A stretch of DNA of 62,085 nucleotides from Candidatus Limisoma gallistercoris (GTDB taxonomy: Bacteria; Bacteroidota; Bacteroidia; Bacteroidales; Muribaculaceae). Each line of letters starts with the position of its first letter. Position 1 is the first letter of the stretch. The stretch covers positions 1 to 62,085 of the forward strand of contig DVHD01000113.1 of NCBI GenBank assembly GCA_018712365.1, in the 5' to 3' direction. Shown here piece by piece: positions 49,301-59,148 of this stretch. The notes under the pieces are model-generated. The model had not been told where the DNA came from and ran no database searches. It saw only the letters and a program-made list of their open reading frames with translations. Made by a program: the position numbers and the translations under genes.

Positions 49301-52101
49301 TCCACATATCCGTCGCCATTGAAGTCGGCGAAACCTGCGTGATCCCAATCATAATAAATATCCTCAGGCACAAAATCATAGCTGCTGCCTATGCTGAACA
49401 TCAGCACATCGACGGTCTTCGTGTCGGCGGTCAGCGTGCTGCCGTCGGCGAGGGTAATGGTCAGTCCTATCTCGCGCTCGCCGTAGCTGCCGAACGTCAC
49501 ATCGATGCGGTTGCCTTCACCGCCGATTACAGTGCCGTCGGCAATGTCCCATTTGTAGGTCGCGCCGTCGATTTTGCGTGCCGCAAGCTGCAAGGTGTCG
49601 GCGGTGGTCATCTCCGAATGGCTGATGGAGAAGTCGGCCGCGGCTTTTTTGTGCTGATAGACAGCATCGTCCGACCATGCTCCTCCTAATCCTCCGGCAT
49701 CGACGGCCTGCACGGCTATGTAGTATGTGCCTTCAGCCATTGCCGACGGGTTGAACAGGTTGTAGAGGTTGCGCCCCATATTGCCTTCTTCCAGCGTGCG
49801 GCGGCGTCCGTCGGCAAGCGAGTTGGTGGCAAGAATGTCGGCTTTTCCGGGAGCCGTGCCTATGCGCAGCTCGTAGGTGAGGTCGCAGGTCGAAGTCTCG
49901 GCATCGCTTCCCTCCTCCCACGTTATGCGCAGCTTGCCGGAAGCATCGTCGTAGTAGGCCACCGGAGCCGCCATCTTCTCCGGCGCGGTGTTCTTGCGGT
50001 CGCCGAAATTCAGGATTTTACCTATTTCGTTTCCACGGGAATAAAAATATTCCACAAAACCGTCGTTGTCCATATCCCCGGCAACGTATCCATCGGCATT
50101 GCTGCCTGAACCTGGATAGAGATACGAATCGTGCAGCACTTCCGCCACCGTCACTTTGAGGCTGCCATCGCAGCCCAGCAACACGGTCTGTCTATTGCCT
50201 CCGTCGGTAGCGATGAATTCATACAAGCCATCGGCATTTACGTCACGGCAGCCGACAAATTCATATTCTTCAGTAAACGAATTTTCTCTCATTGTAAATT
50301 TGCCGTTTCCATCGTTGCGGAAAAATGCGATGAAACTGTAAGTGTTGTTGCCGCCCTCGTTATCCACGGTAAGTGCAACGTCAATGTCGCCGTCGTGGTC
50401 GAAATCCTTGCACCACACATTGCTTACGCTGCTGTTCTCGATAAGCAACTGCTGCGAATACGAACCATCCGACTGGTAAATCATCAGGTAAACCTTGCTC
50501 TCGTCGTCGTCAAACAGCACATAGTCGAGTACACCGTCGTCGTTGAGGTCGCACTGGTGGATTTCGCCTTTCTCGGGGCTTGTGTAGTAGTCGTTGCCAC
50601 CTATGTTATACAATATGCCGCCCACGTTGTTGTCGACAAGGTCGGGTATGCCGTCCTTGTTCAAGTCGGCGGCAAGGGTTATATTGATGTATGAATCCGG
50701 TATTGAACTGCCGTTAATCATCCAACCGTCGCTGAGCGAGGGGATATTGTCGCCCCAGTTGCCCGACAGTTCGTAGGTGGCGTTGTAGACATCCTCACGG
50801 TTGGTTGTAAACCGCAGCTTAGTTTTCAGATAGTCGCCGTCGGTCTGACGGTAATTGATGAAAAGGTCTGCATCTTCTGCCGTAAGAATGTCGGTCAGGC
50901 CGTTGTTGTCGGCATCGAGCAGCAGATAGCCTTCCGGGAGTTCCGCCTTATTGAATCCGTCGGTTTCAGGGTCGTATTTAAATGCCGATTTAGTATTTAT
51001 GAACACTGTCGGCACTCCGGAATTGTCGGAATCCAAAGCCCGGTAAATGCCTTTGATTCTATAATTATCATCGACGGGTTCAGCCATGCCGAGCGGCTGA
51101 AGCTCGTTGTTGTAATATCCTCCGCCGCTCGTTACGAACGACAGGCTGCCGTCGCCGTCGAAATCATACCACGTGGTGTTGGCCAACGATATTCTCGTGG
51201 GATATGTTACCGTTCTCAAAGCCGCGCCCTCAATCTTGCCCGGGCGTGTTGTTCCGACAAGATTGTATGTCTCAACGTCATCCCCGACAAAAAGAGTGCC
51301 TATTGATGCCATGTTCAGCTCATAAGCAATATTCTCTGAGATGTCAAGCCGCCCTATTTTTGCATTCTGAAGTACATGCGCAGAGGTTGTACTGTTAACT
51401 TTGAACCGTTCCAAAGCGCAATTCGCGAAGGCATAGTCGGCCACGCCGTCAAACTCTTCGTTTGCCACTTCTATCTCATCGGCGATGTCGAACCGTCCGC
51501 CTACGTTGGTCACCTTGTCAGTCAGCGTGGCTTTTTTTACAGAATAATATTCCCAATACGTGTCATCAGAAAACCGTGTCAATATAGCTTTCTGACAGTC
51601 GAACACCAAATTGTCGACAGATGTCGGGCCTTGGTCTTCTTCTCTTGAATTGATGCCCAAATTCAGCGTGCAGCCATATCCTTTGATAGTCAACGTGCCG
51701 AGTTCTATATTCTGTATTCTGATGGCAGTTTCGGCAGATGATGTTTCCACTTCTTCAATCAATGGTGACTGCGAGCTTAAATAAGCAAATGTCACAGAAG
51801 ATGGGAGCACGAGCTTCTTTACGGCCGGAGCAACAAAACCCGGTATAGGATAATCTGCAAGTCCAGATATGCGGGAACCTCCGGCTGAACCGACAATTGT
51901 CACGGTATATGTATTTCCGTTGCGGACAAATTGCTCCGGTATTTGCACTTCTTCGCTGCTGCCTGTATATTCCAAGGCTGTGGCTGTACTTCTGCTTAAG
52001 GAATATATGATCCCGTCTATCTCAACGTTTGCCGCTGCCGGCAAAGCGGAGCCTAATATGAAAATCAGGCTTACGAACCATTTTAATTTTAAGTTTTTCA
52101 T
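46306..52101 (-). CDS. Giant (~1930-aa) T9SS-secreted surface protein with BspA-like LRR N-terminus, many FG-GAP/VCBS-type calcium-binding repeats and FN3/Ig-like domains
   Basis: Signal peptide MKNLKLKWFVSLIFILGSALPAAA (start set at 52101). Repeated D-x-(D/N)-x-D-G-x-x-D motifs include DLNKDGIPDL, DFDHDGDIDV, DFDNNGYPDI and DLNSDGYLDL. The C-terminal ~80 aa (LYIVSMQGQVMEIV..VYVVKAIAGGEAKAVKFAL) resembles a T9SS sorting domain. Confidence 0.9.
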   Translation of the reverse strand: MKNLKLKWFVSLIFILGSALPAAANVEIDGIIYSLSRSTATALEYTGSSEEVQIPEQFVRNGNTYTVTIVGSAGGSRISGLADYPIPGFVAPAVKKLVLPSSVTFAYLSSQSPLIEEVETSSAETAIRIQNIELGTLTIKGYGCTLNLGINSREEDQGPTSVDNLVFDCQKAILTRFSDDTYWEYYSVKKATLTDKVTNVGGRFDIADEIEVANEEFDGVADYAFANCALERFKVNSTTSAHVLQNAKIGRLDISENIAYELNMASIGTLFVGDDVETYNLVGTTRPGKIEGAALRTVTYPTRISLANTTWYDFDGDGSLSFVTSGGGYYNNELQPLGMAEPVDDNYRIKGIYRALDSDNSGVPTVFINTKSAFKYDPETDGFNKAELPEGYLLLDADNNGLTDILTAEDADLFINYRQTDGDYLKTKLRFTTNREDVYNATYELSGNWGDNIPSLSDGWMINGSSIPDSYINITLAADLNKDGIPDLVDNNVGGILYNIGGNDYYTSPEKGEIHQCDLNDDGVLDYVLFDDDESKVYLMIYQSDGSYSQQLLIENSSVSNVWCKDFDHDGDIDVALTVDNEGGNNTYSFIAFFRNDGNGKFTMRENSFTEEYEFVGCRDVNADGLYEFIATDGGNRQTVLLGCDGSLKVTVAEVLHDSYLYPGSGSNADGYVAGDMDNDGFVEYFYSRGNEIGKILNFGDRKNTAPEKMAAPVAYYDDASGKLRITWEEGSDAETSTCDLTYELRIGTAPGKADILATNSLADGRRRTLEEGNMGRNLYNLFNPSAMAEGTYYIAVQAVDAGGLGGAWSDDAVYQHKKAAADFSISHSEMTTADTLQLAARKIDGATYKWDIADGTVIGGEGNRIDVTFGSYGEREIGLTITLADGSTLTADTKTVDVLMFSIGSSYDFVPEDIYYDWDHAGFADFNGDGYVDAIVSSFAASAHKGMWSNDGDGTFTKVGKLFNTDLSTTPYGILDFNKDGYLDFMSDEEKGNVFINSGFDDFSFENSTKELMMINADRNIPRGLLLGDMNNDGYPEWFYDTSHTANPSYLNGGDNITFTQVESFEIPDKENPEKTVRLDAEYYHDINRDGFIDAIASKRDSDNDIWTMYALLKDPTGDFSFEDEKPMFEVSFDSYNFPALFGDLNSDGYLDLFYRKSGENFIRVIPGKPESEWPCKEEVRIPLVGDYNFSLLSSKDDYFRLYDFDNNGYPDIPIKAEDPAGTDAMPSYAILLMQPDFKAELCRTNGVSNDASPFIALSDGAYPQIGGYNKTLGKSGNQAPERPSGVMAKQTADGMLITWSDAKDDHTPAVQMQYNVSVKKKGATGENSFVISPMNALSDEAAVVPSYMYKKSTRMTVPSEFLEAGQTYEVQIQAIDAFNEHSPMTEPVEITISAAGYVDAADKVAKGAETTLKYVGTQASSFSYELDGGTVVADKGNGEITAKWDEPGVKDITLTVGGITINSAITVVDLLDVDFTLPENPLAGAPIEVEVPEAMLNNSRECGFRCDDERVTIEWKRGDEIAVITFAETGTYTIESYVEDDIQGNTCRREAVVAEAMPLAEIAGVTADAAGHYTVSWNTTGMPQQVGKVVISKETNRVDKYSVIGEADLSEGAFTDPESDPAVKSERYIINLAADNGQKSYASDPHKPLHVMINLAAAGGYNLMWNSYEGMEVDYYTIMRGPSADNLTELTQIAGSQQNYTDMNAPQGEMFYAVTFTPTAADMQRAKAAGRTGVAVSSNVVSTSEAIAATYATSMQILSVEPEMRLTYGQGALHLFTEMQPLSATFNRVAWEIVEGDGLATIDANGLLTATGEGSGNVVVRATALDGSGLTAEATIVCEEGAGGVTELRDYNDGEWQLRVANNRGNLRLSGWNDGDEATLYIVSMQGQVMEIVRTSDPQAEIDCAGYPGGVYVVKAIAGGEAKAVKFAL

Positions 52102-52159
52102 ACCTATATGTTTTATTATTGATAATTCATTCTTCGACAGAACAACTGCTCTGTAGTTG

Positions 52160-52575
52160 CCGTGCCTGTGGCTTGGTTGCTTCAAGCGCGACCTCTACGA
52201 GGCCGGTGCTTTGCCGCTCTATGACCCACGGCTGAAGCCGTGGGTTACGCATCAACAGCCTCTACGAGGCTGTACTGCACTGCTGTCTGCTCTCCTGCGC
52301 CGTCGCCCGCCTCCTATGAGGCCTGCATCCTTGATTGTCTCCCTCTGTTTGCGGAGCAAATAGGGGGAGTGGCACGGAGTGCCGAGGGGGTTGATACCTG
52401 CGGCCTCTGCCGCTATAACCTATAACCCTTAACCTCTAACCTGCAGCGCAAGCTGCAATAACCTGTAACCTGTGGCGGAGCCACAATAAAGAACCCCTCC
52501 GGGTCTTCGACCCACTTCCCCTATTAACTCCGCTCCGCTTCGTGAACAGGGGAGGACACTTTTCTGCTGCTTCAA
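52160..52575. repeat. Composite repeat: X fragment + Z copy C + hairpin/ATAACC units
   Basis: Contains GCGACCTCTACGAGGCC..CCCACGGCTGAAGCCGTGGGTTACGC (X). It also has TTGTCTCCCTCTGTTTGCGGAGCAAATAGGGGGAGTGGCACGGAGTGCCGAGGGGGTT and CTTCCCCTATTAACTCCGCTCCGCTTCGTGAACAGGGGAGG (Z), plus TGCAGCGCAAGCTGCA and TGTGGCGGAGCCACA hairpins. Confidence 0.75.
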
Positions 52576-52932
52576 ATTTAGAAATAAAAGATTGTGTGTA
52601 ACAAGTTTTAAACCTTAAAAAATCTTTTTGCGCTAAAAAACTACGGTTTTCCGTAGGATGTCAGTGGCCGCAGCATCGCTTTAACCATAGTTAAATCTGC
52701 GGAGGGAGTGAAATTTTTCCGCATAAATTAAAACTTTTCCAAAAATTAGTTGCATATTTGCACCGCAGACTATTGTTGTTGTTGTTATCATACCTTATGA
52801 TTCCTGCCCCTCGGTCGTAGAGAGGGTGACACGTGTTCATATATATGATTGATAATACCAATAAATCTGAAAAAACTTGAGTGAGAAAAAATTAGTGAGT
52901 ATTAATACCAAGTAAAACTAAAATCAATTTTA

Positions 52933-55900
52933 ATGAAGAGTTTTTGCTTAAAACCGAATCGCAGGGCGCTTCTTACGCTGCTTATGGCATGCTGTCTCGT
53001 GCTTCCTGCATTCGCGCAGACGTTGACCGTACAAGGTACTGTGGTCGACGACAAGACTGGCGAGCCTATCATAGGCGCCAATGTGATTGCCAAAGGTACT
53101 GTTGCCGGAGCGGCGACAGACTTTGACGGAAATTTCCAGTTGTCAGTATCGAAAGATGCCGTGCTTACCGTTTCCTACATCGGCTACGAGTCGCAGGAAG
53201 TGGCTGTCAACGGACAGACCAAGCTGACTGTCCGCCTCAAGGAGAACAGCGTGATGCTCGAAGAGGTGGTGGCCATCGGTTACGGTACGGTGAAGAAAGA
53301 GGATGCTACTGGTTCGGTGGCTATGGTGAAGCCTGACGAAATCGAAGCCGGGCTTGCTACATCGGCACAGGACCTGCTGGTCGGCAAATCGCCGGGTGTG
53401 GTTGTCACATCGGGCGGCGGTGACCCGCAGGCGGGTGCTACAATCCGTATCCGCGGCGGCTCGTCGCTGAACGCCTCGAACGACCCGCTTATCGTCATCG
53501 ACGGTGTGCCCATCGACAATACCGGAGTGCAAGGTATGTCGAACCCGCTGGCAATGGTCAGCCCGGACAACATCGAGAACATGTCAATCCTGAAAGATGC
53601 CTCGGCGACCGCCATCTACGGTTCGCGTGCGTCGAACGGTGTCATCATCATCACCACCAAGAAGGGACAGGCCGGCAAGCCGCAGGTCAACTTCTCGGCC
53701 AACATGTATATCAACAAGGCGCGCAACACTTGGGACGTGCTCGACGCTGCAACCTACCGCACGATGCTTACCAACTACTGGGGAGCGGAGTCGGCTGCTG
53801 TAGCGGCTATGAGCAACGCCAACACCAACTGGCAGGATGAAGTGCTCCGCACTACAATCTCCCATGACTACAACCTGAGCGTAGGCGGTACCGTAGGTTT
53901 CCTGCCCTACCGCGTTTCGGCAAGCTTCACGCAGAACAACGGTATCGTGAAAGGCTCGCGGATGAACCGTGTGACCGCCGGCATCAACCTCACGCCGAAG
54001 TTCTTCGACGACCATCTGAGCGTGCAGTTGAACGCAAAGGGTTACTATTTCCATAACAACTTCACCGACGGCGGTGGCGCTGTAGGAGCGGCTGTGGCTT
54101 TTGACCCGACACATCCGGTGTATGCCGACTACAAAGTTGCCGACGGTTCTGTCGGTAAGCCTTTCGGCGGCTATTTCGTATGGACTGGCACTAACGATGC
54201 CGGAGAAACAATCTATAACATCAACTCTACGCAGAACCCGGTTTCAATCGTCAACGACCGCGACAACTATGCCGACGTGCAGCGTTCTAACGGCAACTTG
54301 CAGTTGGACTATGCCGTTCACGGTTTGGAAGACCTCCATTTCAACCTCAATTTGGGTTACGACTGGTCACGTTCGCGCGAGCATAACAACATCGCGGGCA
54401 ACACCCCGACGGCTTGGAACAGCTACGACCGCTATGGTGCTCCGATGTCGCTGTTCACTTATCAGTTGAAGCAAAACACGTTGCTCGACTTCTATGCAAA
54501 CTATAAGAAGGACATCGACGCTATCGATTCGAATATCGACGTTACTGTCGGTTACTCTTGGCAGCACTTCAAGAACCGCGGCTGGAACGACAACGGTATC
54601 TACGCAGGTCTCGCCTACAACGGCTTGACGATTAATCAGGATGGGCAGTATGTAGTAACTCCGAACACGGCAAGCGAAGGCAATATCGGCAAGACTTACC
54701 AGAATATGGCAATCGTGCCTTGGATAAACGAGTTGCAGCTCATTTCGTTCTTCGGACGTTTGAACTACTCGTTGAAAGACACCTATTTGCTTACTTTCAC
54801 TCTCCGCGACGACGCTTCATCGCGTTTCAGCAAGGACAACCGCTGGGGATTGTTCCCGTCGGTGGCTTTGGCATGGAAAATCAACAATATGAGCTTCTTC
54901 GAGGGAGCGCGCGACGTGATGAACGAGTTCAAGCTGCGTATGGGCTGGGGTGTCACCGGCCAGCAGGACTTGGGTGACCTCTACTTCCCCTACCTTGCAA
55001 TCTACAACTTGGCTACGCAGCCTTCCTACTATCCTTGGGTGAACGAGAACGGCGAGCTTGAATACCGTCCGACCCTCTATCCGGGAGCGTACAACGAAGA
55101 CCTGAAGTGGGAGGAGACCACGACTTGGAACGTCGGCGTGGACATGGCGTTCCTCAACAACCGGATCACTGCATCTTTGGACTGGTATCTGCGTGACACC
55201 GAGGACTTGCTTTCTACAGTGACTATTCCGCCGGGCTCGGCTACTTCAAACGAGATGAGCCGCAACATCGGCTCGATGCGCAACATCGGTGTTGAATTCG
55301 CAATCGAGGCACGCCCGGTAGTGACCAAAGACTTTACTTGGACAATCGGCTACAATGTGGCATGGAACAAGAACGAGATAACCGAGCTCAACAACTCCGA
55401 CGACCCGAACGCGGTAGTAGAGGTTGGAGGCATCTCCGGTGGTACGGGCAACCGCGTACAGGTACACAAGGTGGGCTATCCGGCTTATTCATACTATATG
55501 TACGAGCAGGTATATGATGCCAACGGACTGCCAATCGAGGGCGAGTACGTCGATCAGGATGGCGATGGAGTGATTACTCCTAACGACCGCGTGGTCCGTT
55601 ATCAGAAAGACCCGAAGGTGACGATGACGATGAACAACACCTTCAATTGGAAGAACTGGGATTTCGGATTCGTATTGCGCGCGAACTTCGGGGCTAAGGT
55701 TTACAACAACGTGCTTTCCCAGCGCAACGTGCTAAACCGCACCTATCAGAACAACAACCTTTCGAATATGGTTGTGAACGACTTCTATTTCGACGGAAGC
55801 ACGGGAGCCGACCTCTACCACAGCGACTACTACCTGCGCAACGGCAACTTCCTGCGCTGCGACAACATCACCCTCGGCTACACTTGGGACGACCTGCTGA

Positions 55901-56055
55901 AGAACCAGTTGCGCCTGCGACTCTATGCTGCCGTTCAGAATCCGTTCGTAATCACGAAGTACAACGGACTAGACCCGGAAGTGTTCGGCGGTATCGACAA
56001 CAATGTGTATCCGCGTCCTACTACCTATTCAATCGGTTTAGTAGCAACATTCTAA
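52933..56055 (+). CDS. SusC-family TonB-dependent outer-membrane transporter
   Basis: Signal peptide, carboxypeptidase-regulatory-like domain (LTVQGTVVDDKTGEPIIGANV), TonB box/plug (EEVVAIGYGTVKKED), and C-terminal YSIGLVATF. Confidence 0.93.
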   Translation: MKSFCLKPNRRALLTLLMACCLVLPAFAQTLTVQGTVVDDKTGEPIIGANVIAKGTVAGAATDFDGNFQLSVSKDAVLTVSYIGYESQEVAVNGQTKLTVRLKENSVMLEEVVAIGYGTVKKEDATGSVAMVKPDEIEAGLATSAQDLLVGKSPGVVVTSGGGDPQAGATIRIRGGSSLNASNDPLIVIDGVPIDNTGVQGMSNPLAMVSPDNIENMSILKDASATAIYGSRASNGVIIITTKKGQAGKPQVNFSANMYINKARNTWDVLDAATYRTMLTNYWGAESAAVAAMSNANTNWQDEVLRTTISHDYNLSVGGTVGFLPYRVSASFTQNNGIVKGSRMNRVTAGINLTPKFFDDHLSVQLNAKGYYFHNNFTDGGGAVGAAVAFDPTHPVYADYKVADGSVGKPFGGYFVWTGTNDAGETIYNINSTQNPVSIVNDRDNYADVQRSNGNLQLDYAVHGLEDLHFNLNLGYDWSRSREHNNIAGNTPTAWNSYDRYGAPMSLFTYQLKQNTLLDFYANYKKDIDAIDSNIDVTVGYSWQHFKNRGWNDNGIYAGLAYNGLTINQDGQYVVTPNTASEGNIGKTYQNMAIVPWINELQLISFFGRLNYSLKDTYLLTFTLRDDASSRFSKDNRWGLFPSVALAWKINNMSFFEGARDVMNEFKLRMGWGVTGQQDLGDLYFPYLAIYNLATQPSYYPWVNENGELEYRPTLYPGAYNEDLKWEETTTWNVGVDMAFLNNRITASLDWYLRDTEDLLSTVTIPPGSATSNEMSRNIGSMRNIGVEFAIEARPVVTKDFTWTIGYNVAWNKNEITELNNSDDPNAVVEVGGISGGTGNRVQVHKVGYPAYSYYMYEQVYDANGLPIEGEYVDQDGDGVITPNDRVVRYQKDPKVTMTMNNTFNWKNWDFGFVLRANFGAKVYNNVLSQRNVLNRTYQNNNLSNMVVNDFYFDGSTGADLYHSDYYLRNGNFLRCDNITLGYTWDDLLKNQLRLRLYAAVQNPFVITKYNGLDPEVFGGIDNNVYPRPTTYSIGLVATF

Positions 56056-56081
56056 CCTAACAAATTTAATATTCGGAAATT

Positions 56082-57833
56082 ATGAAAAGTATAAATAAGA
56101 TATTTGTAGCGGGAGCGGTGGCACTCAGCCTCGGATTGGGGGCTACGTCGTGCGTCGACGATTTGAATGTCACCCCGGAATACCCTACGGCAAAGACTTG
56201 GGAAGACGTGATGAACGACCCTGACCAGTATCTTCCGCAAGCGTTCTCTAAATGTTATTCCTGCCTTGCCGTTTCCGGCCAGTCGGGCGAGGGTTCTACC
56301 GACCTTAGCGGTGTGGATGCCGGTAAGAGTAATTATCTGCGCGCCATGTTCCAATTGAACGAGAAGACTACTGACGAGTGCGCATGGATATGGACAGAGG
56401 ATGGTATCGAGAATATGGTGCGCGGCACTTGGAACAGCGGTAACTCGTATATCTACGGCGCATACTCGCGCATCTACGTGAATATTGCAATCTGCAACGA
56501 CTTCCTCCGCCAGTTGGCACAGACCGGCGTTGACATGCAGGCACAGAAAACAGCTTACAACTGCGCCGCGCAGTATGCACTTGAAGTGCGCGCCATCCGT
56601 GCTTTGCTTTATTGGAACGTGCTCGACAACTTCGGCAACGGAGGATGGGTTGACGAGACGGTGGACTATGGTACTCCGGCCGAACCGATACTTCGCGCCG
56701 ACCTTTATGAGAAGTTGGTGGCAGAGTTGCAGGACATTATCGCCAAATGGCCGGCTGAGAACGCCGACCACGTGGCTTACGGCCGTGTGGGCTTGGACGG
56801 CGTGAAGATGCTTCTTGCCAAGGTTTATCTTAATGCCGAGGTTTACACCAAAGGGGCAAAGACCGCTTACAACGAATGTGCCGCACTATGCAATGAAATC
56901 GTGGCCAACCATCAGGGCGGCGGTTTCCAAGGCTCCGGTTTGGCAAACCACTATCTTGCATTGTTTGCCGGTAATAACGACCGTTACGCTCCGGGCGGAA
57001 GCGCGGCAGCGGAAAACGAGATTCTGTGGAACGTTCCGTTCGACGGGATTTACGTACAGTCGTACGGCGGCTCGCGCTATCTGATTGCCGCGGCTGTAAT
57101 CAATGCCAATATGGCTGATAACGGCTATACGATGAGTTGCAACGATTATGGGTTGAACGACCAGTGGGGATGTATGCACGCCCGCCAGCAGTTCTCCGAG
57201 AAATTCGACAATGCAGGCAATGATGTGCGTGACGATTTCTGGAGCAAGGATGCAGAAGGGTTTAAAAAGGAAAATACCGAGTATTCTGCTTTCAACAACG
57301 GTTATGCGGCTATCAAGTTCACTAACCTTAACACAAAGGAAGACGGTACATTCTACTTGAAGGATGCTACGAAAGGCACTGTGATTTCTAACATAGCCGA
57401 TGAGTCGAAGCCCTATAACGCAAGCGGGCAATTCGAGGTTCACCCGAATACCGATGTTCCTATCTTCCGTTTGGCCGACACTTATCTGATGCTTGCGGAA
57501 TGCTATTTGAGAGGAGCGAACAACGTTACGGCGGCAGATGCCTTGAAATATGTGAACTATGTGCGCGAGCGTGCCGGTGCAGCTGCTTGGCCGTCGTCGA
57601 TGCTCACTTATGACAATCTGCTCGACGAGCGCGCACGTGAGCTTTACTGGGAGCTTCACCGCCGCAGCGACCTTATCCGCTACGGCAAGTTCGTGAGCGG
57701 TTACAATTGGGCTTGGAAAGGCTATGTGCTCGAAGGCACTGACTTGAATCCTAACTTTACGGTATTCCCGATTCCTGCCAACGTGATTGCGGCTCAGCCG
57801 GAATTCGCGGCGATACAGAACCCGGGTTATTAA
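56082..57833 (+). CDS. SusD/RagB-family nutrient-binding lipoprotein
   Basis: Lipobox GATSC, the position immediately after the SusC-family gene, and SusD-like motifs (RALLYWNVLDNFGN, ERARELYWELHRRSDLIRYG). Confidence 0.93.
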   Translation: MKSINKIFVAGAVALSLGLGATSCVDDLNVTPEYPTAKTWEDVMNDPDQYLPQAFSKCYSCLAVSGQSGEGSTDLSGVDAGKSNYLRAMFQLNEKTTDECAWIWTEDGIENMVRGTWNSGNSYIYGAYSRIYVNIAICNDFLRQLAQTGVDMQAQKTAYNCAAQYALEVRAIRALLYWNVLDNFGNGGWVDETVDYGTPAEPILRADLYEKLVAELQDIIAKWPAENADHVAYGRVGLDGVKMLLAKVYLNAEVYTKGAKTAYNECAALCNEIVANHQGGGFQGSGLANHYLALFAGNNDRYAPGGSAAAENEILWNVPFDGIYVQSYGGSRYLIAAAVINANMADNGYTMSCNDYGLNDQWGCMHARQQFSEKFDNAGNDVRDDFWSKDAEGFKKENTEYSAFNNGYAAIKFTNLNTKEDGTFYLKDATKGTVISNIADESKPYNASGQFEVHPNTDVPIFRLADTYLMLAECYLRGANNVTAADALKYVNYVRERAGAAAWPSSMLTYDNLLDERARELYWELHRRSDLIRYGKFVSGYNWAWKGYVLEGTDLNPNFTVFPIPANVIAAQPEFAAIQNPGY

Positions 57834-57859
57834 TCGAACGACTTAAAATTTAGAAATCT

Positions 57860-59074
57860 ATGAAACTGAAATATTTATTGATGGCGGTTGCCGGTCTGGG
57901 TCTGTTCTCGTCGTGCGAGTCCGACGAGCCGTCGGTTGCCATTGCCGAGTACAAGAAGCCGACAGAATTTGTGCTCAACACTCCGCAATTCGCCAACGGA
58001 GTCTATGATTTGGTAAATGCGGAGACCGTAAACCTGACATTCTCGCAGCCCGACTACGGCTATGCGGCGGCTTGCGACTATACAATCGAGGTGGCTAAGA
58101 GCGAAGCCTTCGCAGAAGGTGAGGTGGGTACAGTGTCGACTGTTTTCCATGTGTGTGACGTTCAGATAGATGCCAACGAGTTTGCCGTTGCCGTATGTAC
58201 CGCATACGGCTGGGAAACCCAAGAAGAAATCGATGCTGCCCTTGCCACAACAGGCGGGACGGTGCCGGTGTATGTGCGTGTGAAATCAAAATTGACAAAC
58301 ACTGTGGTTGCCGACAGCGAAATCACGTCGAACACGATAGTAATCACGGCGATTCCTTATTTTGCTCTTCTTCCGGTGGTAATGCCTGAGAATGTATTTA
58401 TGATTGGCAGCTTCTGCGGAGGTGACTGGGCTAAGGCGGCTAAGATGGCCAAAGTGTTCAATACCGATAATATGTTCTGGTGTATACGCTATGTCGACAC
58501 GGCAGCTAACGGAGGCTGGTTCAAGTTCAACACCAACAACAGTTGGGACGGCAACCAAGTAGGGTTCGACGATGCAGTCCATACTTACAACTCTCGTGTT
58601 GACGGATTGACTGTATCGGGAGCTGACGACGGCAGTGGTGGCATGAACATCGTTGTCGACAAGGCGGGATGGTATATATTCGGTGTCACTCTCGCAATCG
58701 ACGGACGCGACTATGTCTACACTGTAGATGTCATGCCGGCTGAAATCTATATCTATGGCGACTGCGCAGGCGGCGTATGGGCCAACGACCCGGCTTGGAT
58801 GTTCACCGTTCCGGAAACAGCCGACGGCGTGTTCACATCACCGGCTCTTGCAGGCTCGGGAGAAGTGCGTATGTGCATCAACCCGAATCCGCAATGGGGC
58901 GGCGACTGGTGGGCACACGAGTTCACCCTGAAAGGCGGCACGGAGATATACTACCGTGACAAGGATATGCCTAATAATTGGGCAGAGACTTACGGTGACG
59001 AATATTCTCTGAAAGGAGCTCCGGGCAATGTGATTACCCTTGATTTCAACAACGGTACTGGCGAAATAAAATAG
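57860..59074 (+). CDS. SusE/SusF-like outer-membrane lipoprotein
   Basis: Lipobox LFSSC. SusE-type N-terminal segment (FVLNTPQFANGVYDLVNAETVNLTFSQPDYGYAAACDYTIEV). The C-terminal region is paralogous to the next gene. Confidence 0.75.
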   Translation: MKLKYLLMAVAGLGLFSSCESDEPSVAIAEYKKPTEFVLNTPQFANGVYDLVNAETVNLTFSQPDYGYAAACDYTIEVAKSEAFAEGEVGTVSTVFHVCDVQIDANEFAVAVCTAYGWETQEEIDAALATTGGTVPVYVRVKSKLTNTVVADSEITSNTIVITAIPYFALLPVVMPENVFMIGSFCGGDWAKAAKMAKVFNTDNMFWCIRYVDTAANGGWFKFNTNNSWDGNQVGFDDAVHTYNSRVDGLTVSGADDGSGGMNIVVDKAGWYIFGVTLAIDGRDYVYTVDVMPAEIYIYGDCAGGVWANDPAWMFTVPETADGVFTSPALAGSGEVRMCINPNPQWGGDWWAHEFTLKGGTEIYYRDKDMPNNWAETYGDEYSLKGAPGNVITLDFNNGTGEIK

Positions 59075-59148
59075 AACCTTAAAACGGCCGATGGCGGGCG
59101 GCTACGGAAGCCGCCCTGCCGGAAGCTAAAAAAACGAATACTAACGAT

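Noticed and set aside
52753-52760. CATATTTG as the PUL promoter
   Set aside because: It is only a 7/8 match to TAnnTTTG and lies about 170 nt from the susC-family ATG. That is too weak to report as a feature without transcript data.
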